Positions 11,330 to 20,601 of a stretch of DNA of 52,325 nt are shown one piece after another. The notes under the pieces are model-generated. The model was not told the origin of the DNA. It searched no databases and was given only the letters and a program-made list of their open reading frames with translations. Numbering within the stretch: position 1 is the first letter of the stretch; the number at the start of each line of letters is the position of its first letter. Location of the stretch: assembly GCA_001687465.1 (NCBI GenBank), contig LVLI01000261.1, positions 1-52,325 on the forward strand. The letters run 5' to 3'. Made by a program: the position numbers and the translations under genes. Source of the DNA: Halocafeteria seosinensis (lineage: Eukaryota).

Positions 11330-13152
11330 TTACGATGAGGTGAATGACTGACCACTCGGCCCGCCATTGCTTCGGTGGCGGTCAATTTCAGCAGTGTGAA
11401 TGGGGTTGACTCGCTCTGTCTGTGGTGACCTCCTGGGCATATCAACTGATCCTTGCTGTTCCAAGTCACCTTCCTGACCCTTAAGGTACTCATCATACGG
11501 GATTGCTTCTGCTTGCCCATCATTTTGCTGCTCCTGTCCGTGTGTACTTCCACCAGCACTCCCAGCAAAGTTGTCAAACTCGCCATCTGTTTTGTCGAAA
11601 ATTCCTGCAGAGCCACATGTTGTAGGTTGGCCAATGATAGCGAGGTTTCATGAACGAGACGGACTTACTGGGCTGGGGATTGATAAGGTCTTCCGTCCTG
11701 AACTTTCGGATCTCGGAATCCGGCAAGTGTTCGATGTCTGAGTACTTTACGCTGCTAATTGTCTGATATTGCCGATATATATACTTCATCTTGTGCACGT
11801 AAAGGGCATAACAATCTGCAATGAATTGTGCTATCACAATAAGCACAACCGAGGTCACAATTTGGACCAGCAATAGCTGGAAACTGAAATAGCCAATGTT
11901 TGAAGAAGTGGTAATAAGGATCGTAACGCCGAGGCGTGTCAACAGGAGTCGATTTTGACTCATAACCTCTTGAGCCTTATCCAAAGCTTGCTGTTTCTGC
12001 GACACTGTTTCTTTCAAGTGGCGGATACGATACGAATACCTGCCATCGTAGCGAAATAAGAGTTAGCGACACCCAACATCCAGACACGACTAAGGCACGA
12101 ACCTGACGTTGCGCGGGGAGTACGTGAAAAAGTTGTCATAGTGAATATCGAATTGTAGTACCGTCCCATCTTCTCTGATGCTTTTAGTCCTCCCTTTCTC
12201 ATCTGCGAGTGAACCTATGAGGCTGAAAACACGTCAAACGAGCACCGCACTGACATGCGCACATACTATCCATGTCGCTTATCCCAGCAGCATTAAGTAA
12301 GGTTCGAAGTGGAAATTCATCAGGTTTTCCATCGCTAAACGATTGCTTGACAGACGTGGGACATTCTCGGTTGGCTGAGTCGTAACCGGAACAAGCATCA
12401 ACCTGCTTTCCCGATTTGTCTAGTAGTTTGCCATCAATATCTTCACTATTGTAGTTCCTGTCTTTCAGAGGGACAACCATACTGTGGACAATACGTATCT
12501 GTAAAGAATCACGAAGCCATTTCAATTCATAGACACGTAGAGAAATGGGGTCAAATGCCTATACTGACTCGAAACCATTCAGGTTCAGCCGGATAGAACG
12601 TAGTGTTGGATACTGTTTCGTAGGAGCAGGTGAACCGATCACTCGGATCAAAGCAAGTATCATCTGCAAGCTTTTGGCTTTGTTGAAATACATTCGTGGT
12701 GATAAACAATTCCCCTGTAAAACCGATGCGTTCAATAAACCACAATCATTGACAGAAAAAGGCTGCAACTTACCCGATACACCCGCTGGGTAGCGCACGT
12801 TCTGGTCGTCCCAATAGCGACATGGCTTGGGCGATGTAAGCATGTCTCCATCTAGGTGCCCATACGTCTGATCCTTGTGGTCGAGGCAATAAGGTATATC
12901 CGTTTCATTATCCCGTTTAAGTGGATTAAGTAGCTGAACTCTGTGCGAACTCGCCACATCAGCCAGCTCACGGTACTGTTGATTTACAATGATCTGATAG
13001 ATCCCCACATAGCTAATCACGATGAGAATGCAAAAGAAATAAAAGAATCCCAAGTAGCCGTCTCGAATCCGAACTTCCCTCTTGGTGCTGTAGCTGAAGA
13101 GCTCATCGGCATCCCATTGGCGCTTGCTGACGGCGGACAGAAAATTACCCAT
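11330..13152 (-). CDS. P2X receptor-like trimeric cation channel, paralog 2 (multi-exon)
   Basis: FSYSTKREVRIRDGYLGFFY (YxTxK/R motif plus TM1), PCRYWD, FYPAEPEWFR|IRIVHS, REDGTVLQFDIHYDN, RLLLTRLGVTI..IGYFSFQLLLVQIVTSVVLIVIAQFIAD. The last exon after intron GTAAGTCC..CTGCAG reads RIFDKTDGE... to TAA at 11330. Confidence 0.87.
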
Positions 13153-13599
13153 GGTTTTCTTGCTCTTTTTCAGGCACAGACGTCTTCGTCTCGAAGCTTC
13201 CTAGGCATGATCGACTCCAGCGAAGGTCGGAAGACGAGCGTGGATCCTGACGTAGACAATGTGTGGCATACAATCAAATCCGTCCAAGGAAACGTTACCT
13301 CACAAAGGAGGACGGTACCAGTAGGTCTCATCAATAGGTCACAAAACTCATGATGGCAATGCAATCAGTGTTGGAAGGTACTCTTGTTTGATTCACCGGA
13401 AAACTACATCGGGGCTTTTGTCCCTGATCATGGATGAAGGCTGCTCTACAGCACTGATTGTAGTTTTCTGTGTGCGGGATTTAACCCGTGCTAGTAAGCG
13501 GTAGTTATTCCTTAGAAGATAAGCCAGGAACACGATAATACACTGAGAATAAGAGGTACACGGGGTACGTATCCGACAGTGTATTGTATAAATGTCTCC

Positions 13600-14764
13600 A
13601 CTGGCATGCCACATACATATGTATACCTGATGCCACCTGGTTTGGCTGCTAGCTTAGTTTAGAGACAATGCGGCGATTCAAGACATGGCCATTGTGCGCC
13701 CAGATATACCAGTAGCCTTGCTTGGAGTTCATATATTTTGCTGATTTTTCTGTTCACTCTGTTGCTCTTATAGTCATGATAATGGTGAATCATACTCCCT
13801 GATATTCCTGGATCGTCAGCATTCTGCTGGCTCAGGTTGAATGTTGCCGATCTTGGGTCTGTCCTCTCTATGAGCTACTTCCGAGCCCTTTGTTCCTCCC
13901 GTTGTTTTAAAAACTTGTAATACTCCATGCTGATGATTTTCTTTGCCACGGGCGCCGGGATCTATCGGTCTTCATGCTCTTCCTGTGACATAGAATCAAG
14001 TGAACCCCACGGAGCTCGTCAAGAGGATACATATTTCATAATTTGCCATACCCATGTACGTTCCAGGTAGCATTGGGATTTATACATCCGCACCGAACTC
14101 GTCGGGTACGAGTTTGTAAACAACCTTCGATGAGGGCGGTATGCCGGACCTGAATGGCATAGAACCCGTCTATCAAGTGTCTTTTCCATGCATTAGAATT
14201 TAATTGGTTCACTTACAGGATGGCTGTCGACATCAACTCTACACTCTTTCGATTTAGAAACAAACGATGCCCAGCAGTACGAACGATGCCCAGCAGTAGC
14301 TGTCTAGGGATTGTTGCCCAAGCCAGCGGACGGTTCAATTCGTGCGAGAAATTGATGATATTGGCGTTGTTGGCGTTTACGTATTTCTTATATAGGCGTT
14401 ACAGTGTTTGCTTGGTTGTTTCATGCTACGCGGCTCCGATTTTGCCTTCAACACCGGGGGATCGTTCCGTAATCTTCGGTCGTTGGATGAACGAAGCTGG
14501 GTTTGCAGAAGTCCATCCACTAGTCGAAAGCGTATTCTATGAGCTTGTCCACTGTATTCCCCATGTTTCTATTCAAGCTTCATATACAGTAGGTATCACT
14601 TGCGCAGTGCGTACTGCTTGCTCTGAAGGCATTGTGCACAGGAATGGCGTTGTTTTCGACAGTGTACAATGCACAGTCATATTTATCGTCTCCCATCCGG
14701 TCAATCTACTTTCAGTGCCAACCAGTGCAAGCACCGATAAGTTTAACACTTTAACCTTCGCCAT
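13600..14764 (-). pseudogene. Probable degenerate gene relic with in-frame stops
   Basis: After an acceptor-like ..GTCACAG the minus frame reads EEHEDR*IPAPVAKKIISMEYYKFLKQREEQRARK*LIERTDPRS...; upstream segments FGADV*IPMLPG and MGNTVDKLIEYAFD*WMDFCK are also protein-like with single stops. Family not recognised. Confidence 0.35.
14263..14298 (+). repeat. Short tandem duplication (AACGATGCCCAGCAGTA x2, 19-bp period)
   Basis: Seen directly. Confidence 0.9.
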
Positions 14765-14862
14765 CGTGTTGGTGGCCCGTGGCCCACGGGCCACGGGCCG
14801 TGGGCGGAGGCCCGGCGGACCAAAATACGCCGTGGGCCCGTGGCGCGGTCTTATCCAACAGT
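14765..14862. repeat. GC-rich palindromic cluster (GGCCCGTGG/CCACGGGCC motifs) upstream of actin; promoter element or MITE remnant
   Basis: GTGGCCCGTGG-C-CCACGGGCCAC palindrome at 14772-14794; the 9-mer recurs four times in either orientation within ~80 bp. Confidence 0.6.
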
Positions 14863-14982
14863 TGGTAAAAGTGTCTGATTTGATTGAGAATAGTGTCCCT
14901 GTTTGCCTAGGTAACTGGAAGCATTAAACAAGCGTCTCATTAGCGAGTTTATCTGTGATATCGTTAAGAAAATCGAATCAAA

Positions 14983-16649
14983 ATGGTAAGTGTCTCGGGA
15001 CGCTGAAATGCGCCATCTTGCGGGAGCGTCGACAGGGGGAACTTGAAGGGAGCAAAAAACGTGCTGGCTTTTGCTCGCCCGCTTTGATTTGCTGTTGTAT
15101 GAGCTCCGTATGAGCCAATGTCCTCGCTAGGACATGAGGGTGACTGAGACGCATCGAATAAGGATGGGATTCCCTGTGGGGGAGCGTTTGGAAAGGCGGA
15201 TAAATTGGGGAAGATACGCCGTATCCCCTTCGTTCTTTTTTTCCACCGGACACCTGGCGGCCTGATTTGGGCGCGCTTTGGCTTATATTACATGATATGT
15301 GCTTTGTTTACTGACGCTTACAGGCTGAAGACGAGGTTCAAGCTCTTGTGATCGACAATGGATCCGGTATGTGCAAGGTAAGTTGCTCTATGTTGTTGTA
15401 CAGCCAGTATACCACAGGCTTGTTCTGTGGGGACTGGGGAGTGCAATCCCTCGGTTTCCTTGCCCCCTTGCGGAGCCCTTGGGATTGTACCGCGTCCTTT
15501 TTGTCGTTTTGACCGGACCATAATCCAACGAATCTCTCGGCATCAACTTCACTTTCTCTTAATTCTGCTTTCCAGGCCGGATTCGCGGGTGACGATGCTC
15601 CCCGTGCTGTGTTCCCCAGCATTGTCGGACGTCCCAAACACCCTGGTATCATGGTTGGTATGGACCAGAAGGATGCCTATGTAGGAGATGAGGCCCAAAG
15701 CAAGCGAGGTGTCCTCAGCTTGAAGTACCCGATTGAACATGGTATCGTCACCAACTGGGACGATATGGAGAAAATCTGGCATCACACCTTCTACAATGAG
15801 CTCCGTGTAGCCCCCGATGACCACCCTGTGCTGTTGACCGAGGCTCCTCTTAACCCCAAGGCCAACCGTGAGCGCATGACCCAGATTATGTTCGAGACCT
15901 TCAACGTACCGGCTATGTACGTCAACATTCAGGCTGTGCTGTCTCTTTATGCATCTGGTCGTACCACCGGTGGTGTACTCGACTCCGGTGATGGTGTGAG
16001 CCACACTGTACCCATTTACGAAGGGTATGCCCTTCCCCACGCCATCCAGCGATTGGATCTTGCTGGCCGTGACTTAACTGACTACTTGATGAAGATCTTG
16101 ACTGAGCGCGGACACAACTTCAGCACCACAGCGGAACGCGAAATCGTCCGTGATATCAAAGAAAAGTTGACTTACGTTGCATTGGACTTTGACTCAGAGA
16201 TGAAGACTTCCGCTGAGAGTTCCGAGATCGAGAAGACTTACGAGTTACCCGACGGTAACGTAATTACAATTGGAAACGAACGCTTCCGTACCCCTGAAGT
16301 GTTGTTCCAGCCTGACATGATTGGCAAGGAAGATGCTGGTGTCCATAAGACCATGTTCAACACGATTATGAAGTGTGACGTAGATATTCGTAAGGATCTG
16401 TACTCCAACATTGTACTGTCTGGTGGTACTACCATGTTCCCCGGAATTGCCGAGCGCATGACCAAGGAAATTACTGCCTTGGCACCCGCTGCCATGAAGA
16501 TCAAGGTGGTTGCTCCACCTGAGCGTAAATACTCTGTATGGATTGGAGGATCTATCTTATCATCTCTGTCCACTTTCCAGAGCATGTGGATTTCCAAGGA
16601 AGAGTACGATGAATCCGGACCTACCATTGTCCACAGAAAATGCTTCTAA
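14983..16649 (+). CDS. ACT: Actin (exons 14983-14985, 15324-15377, 15576-16649)
   Basis: Spliced product [41 protein letters not shown]...IVHRKCF; canonical GT-AG introns with a CTGAC branch point before 15323. Confidence 0.98.
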
Positions 16650-17399
16650 GAAGCTGGAAGCTGCAAGCTTCGACATATATAGCTTTCTCCGCTATGCAGA
16701 GAAAGTCCTTGGAGGAGATAGACTTCTTCGATGCATCGGGTCGAGGCTTAAGTGCTTCCCCTGTTGCGTTGAGTTGTGGAGTCTCTCTCTTCTATAGCCC
16801 TTAATGAACGACAACTGGAAATTTGGCTGCTCCTGACCACCTCATACCACTGAGCCAACTCTTCTATCGCAGCGTTGAGGCCGATTGGGGCTTCCGCAAA
16901 CGCTTTAAGAGAATAGTGGTGCTGTCTACTTGGGAAGTCGTACGTTTTTAGGCAGTCGGTCGATAGTCTATGCTGGTGTGGACCAGCATAATAGAAACAC
17001 TTACCAACCAACCTATTTAGTGTACAATAACCACTGTTACTGTATGTAGAATTTTGATGGTGACATGATGATGGACATACGCCATTCTGTCGCAGATGTT
17101 GCGACCGAAGTGCTTGCAGCGTTGAACTTGAAACGATTCCCCCATACAATTGGCACCATTGTTCACGTTAGAATGCAAAAAGTCTTGGATAGATGTGTCC
17201 TTGTGTTGCCCTACTTTTCTTTGAGGTAGAAGGTCTAGTGATCGAAAGGTCGTGTCTCCCGTCCAAGCGGTATCCAACGGTAAAATACCTACAAGTAGTA
17301 GGAATCCAACCCACGCGCGTTGTTGCAACTCCACCTCATTCAAGTCATTCTGGTTGATTGCATGCACTCGAGCTTAGATCCCTAGAAAGTCTCCCTACG

Positions 17400-18582
17400 A
17401 TGCCGTTCTCATCATCTTCTGTCTATCGCTATAACCCGCGACAAAAGCGAGAGCACGATGCGATAGAAAACAGTAAGACAGCGCTGATGACTACAGGCCG
17501 GCCTGTTTCCCCTATAAAGACATCTGGAGAACTGGCTGCGACTGTGCAAGGCGCAAGCGATCCAAATGTAGGAAGGCGAACTATCGAGATAGGCAAGCCT
17601 TGGCACAACGCACCCAACAAAGGTTCCTGCCGCGCGTGCGGTTTCGCGAACCGACCGGAGAGTGTGTACCAGCAGCGCTATGACCGTGAGAATCATGTGC
17701 ACGCTTCACATTCTGGAGTCATTCGCGAGGATTATATTCGTATGGCCATGGCACATAAAGTCGCCGCTGGAGAGATCCCAAGCGAAACTGCAAAAGCGCT
17801 GGAATCTTCCCACTATCACTTTGACAAAGGATTCCGACCTCAGCATAAGAAGGGGAAACCTGAGGAAGTGCAAGTAAGGTTTGCAACAAAAACAAAGCTA
17901 CAATGTTCTCATTGCTCTTAATTCATCATAAATGTTGATTGCCCAGATGTATGAGACTGCGAAGCTCAATAGTAGTACTGGCTTTGGGAATAGCACTGAA
18001 CGTAAGTTTGGCATCATGCAATGGCGGGACCCTATTTTGATCGGTCAAGAGAATTTCATTGATTTCGCGTAAGAACAGGGCGATTGACTAGGACTCTACA
18101 CGAACAACAGGCAAGACCACCCAGCCAATTTGCTACAGCGACACAACTACTGGCTCACTCAAGGAAGACGCAAACGAACAAGGAAGGGAATGAGGAGGAT
18201 ACTTATGGTGATAAAATCTGGGATGGAGTCGAAGAGTTGAAATATGCGCCATCAGGAATGAGCGCGTTACACTACAAGACAGGAGGTAAGTACAAGTAAC
18301 GATTTGAGGAACCCCTGTCAATTCGTGTACTCTTGGCGACGATTACATTCAGAATTCAAACCTGTGCATCCCCCGCTACATCATAACCGAAAGTTTACCA
18401 TGATTTCATGGGAGGATGAAAAACGGGAGATCCAGCGTAAACGCGAGGAGGGTATAAAAATCCGTGAGATGCTCCCAGAAACCCAAAGTAAAAGCAAGAG
18501 CAAATCTCCGGACAGTAAGTGGCGCGAGCAAACTGATAAGATCCGAAAAAATGCTAAGAGAAGTCAAGAGTTGCGGAAATAG
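17400..18582 (+). CDS. Hypothetical hydrophilic, largely disordered protein (about 4 exons)
   Basis: ATG 17400 (MPFSSSSVYRYNPRQK), then GT-AG-linked segments MYETAKL.., TRTLHEQQARP.., EFKPVHPPLHHNRKF..; stop at 18582. No recognised domain. Confidence 0.6.
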
Positions 18583-18601
18583 CAGTACCAGCAGGCTTAG
18601 C

Positions 18602-20258
18602 CTAGATGAATTCAATTCCCTCAAATTTATGAGCGCCGGGAATTTGAGTTTCTTCGAGTAGAGTGTTCCCTTGTAGGTCGAACACCGTGATATCTGCATA
18701 AAAAGTTCCGCGTCTTTCGTAACTATATACAATAGCTTAATTCTTCAATGGAAAAGCTGTACGTACAGCTACTTTGGCCTGCGTTCTCTAAGTCTGAGTT
18801 TTCTTCGCTCTTCAAAGCCACCAACACTTGATCTCTGCTACCGGGAACAAACTTAGCGGAGCTAAATCCACGCTCCGGTGTCAAAGTGCCCACACGGAAT
18901 GATTGTAAATCAGTGAAGTCTTCGTTTGCCAGTATGACGGTATTAGCACCTTTTTTCTCGTCGACCTTATCATCATAAGCTTCTTTAGACATTCTCCGGG
19001 GCAAGAAAACCCATTTCCTCATTTCATTGCTCCATATTGCTGGACATGATCAAAACAGGAACGGACACGTCTAATACGGCAACGTCTTTTCTTGAAGGTA
19101 TTCGTCTCTTACCTGTTTCATGTAGCAGGTATGCTGGGAAAGAGTATCCCATTTTCCCTCTCAAGAAGTTGTATTTGGCGTTCCAATCGACATGGTTCAC
19201 CCTGAGCGCCCAACACAGAAGCGGTAAGAAACGGCATTGGTTAACAGCTGCGAAGCATGAAACACGGCTTACCTTCCTTCCTTGTCTATGGTCTTCACCC
19301 AGTTGTTATTTGTATTGATGATCTGGTTGTTGTTATCGGTAAACTCCTTCCCAAAGCTTCCAACGAATAACTTGTTGTCCTTGACAGTCATCCACTCGCA
19401 TTTAAACCCTTTATCGGTTTCAGCATCACCTGAGAATGAAGTCGCAGGAAACCGCTTAATTTTCATCCATAAGCTGTTTAAAAGTTGAGGCGGACCACAT
19501 ACCTTCCATAAGGATGTATCTAGGGATGGCCTTGGCCTGATCCGAAAGATAGTTTTCTATCTCAAAAACAATTCCCGACCTATCGTCACATGTGTAGAGG
19601 TGACCATTGAAGAGAGCTAGTTCACTAAGCTCCATGCCTCTTCCTGCTTCAGAATGTTGCGTTCGTAATTCCAAATCGGGAAACCACGTCACTGAGTATT
19701 GGTTACGTTCTCTATCATAAAAGAGTTTGCCCTGAGCAAGACAAGAACAGTTGATTCACCTAGGTCGCGTCACCATATTGCCTCGCAAGAGAAGACGCCA
19801 GAACATACCCGTTTGTAGTATCCTTTGAATCGCGGTTTCGGGGCATCGGGAACTTTGGATTCGTGATCCAAATCTGTCACAATAGCTATATCCATCTCCT
19901 CCGGAATCGACTGCAGCTGCAATTTTAGACAAGGAGTCACGAGGTCAGCAATAACCGTCACGCGCCGCTCTCAAGAAGCACTTACTCTCGTCGAGCGAAG
20001 CCCTCCACCTCCGGTTCCCGACGCGTATCTATCCGTAGACCCTACTCCAGCCATGTAAAGCAAACTAACGAGTATTCCGACACTGCATAAACCTCCTGCC
20101 AGCACTTTAAGTTGCTGGGAGTTCCATTGCAGGAAGCCCGGTGCAGTCATTGGCATTGGCTTCATTTTCCCATTGTCTCCGTCTCCCTCCGACCCTGTAG
20201 TTCCGGTACCATTCGGGTACGTGGAAGAACTATTCTGTGTGTAGCCGTTACGCATCAT
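18602..20258 (-). CDS. CANT1: Calcium-activated nucleotidase / apyrase (CANT1/SCAN-1 family), type II membrane anchor, multi-exon
   Basis: IAIVTDLD..SK, GRGMELSEL..FNGHLYTCDDRSGIVFEI, GFKCEWMTVKD..LFVGSFGKE, WVFLPRRMS..YDD..DEKKGAN, RGFSSAKFVPG..VALKSEE, C-terminus KFEGIEFI*; N-terminal TM VLAGGLCSVGILVSLLYMAG. Confidence 0.93.
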
Positions 20259-20601
20259 CAACCTTGGTAATGAACGCTAAAGGCGGGCAAATGTCTCGTC
20301 TCGCAACAGAACAATCTTTTGTTCTTGTTTATATACAGCACGCTAGCAAGACTCTCCACTCAGAATCTCTGCGCTATTCTGATTATTTTACCGACGGACT
20401 TGTGTTCGTATTGCAGAGAGACATACAACCCTGCTACAGCTCCATCTATGGCCTTCTGGAGGTGAAACAGCCAGTCGCAAAAGGGTCCAACTTTTGATTG
20501 ACAGGTTCTGTTCTTATTCATGCATTGACGGCAGTGTTATTTTCCGTAGATAGGATTGCCTATGTTGACTATGGTAGAATTTGTCGAATAAAGATATCGC
20601 A

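Noticed and set aside
14220..14927. 235-aa plus-strand ORF
   Set aside because: No recognisable motif; composition looks like the antisense of a decayed minus-strand gene; it runs through the GC palindrome and the actin promoter.
16748..17367. Minus-strand ORFs between actin and the hypothetical gene
   Set aside because: No consistent splice model or motif; a zinc-knuckle-like QRCKHFGRNIC is incomplete.
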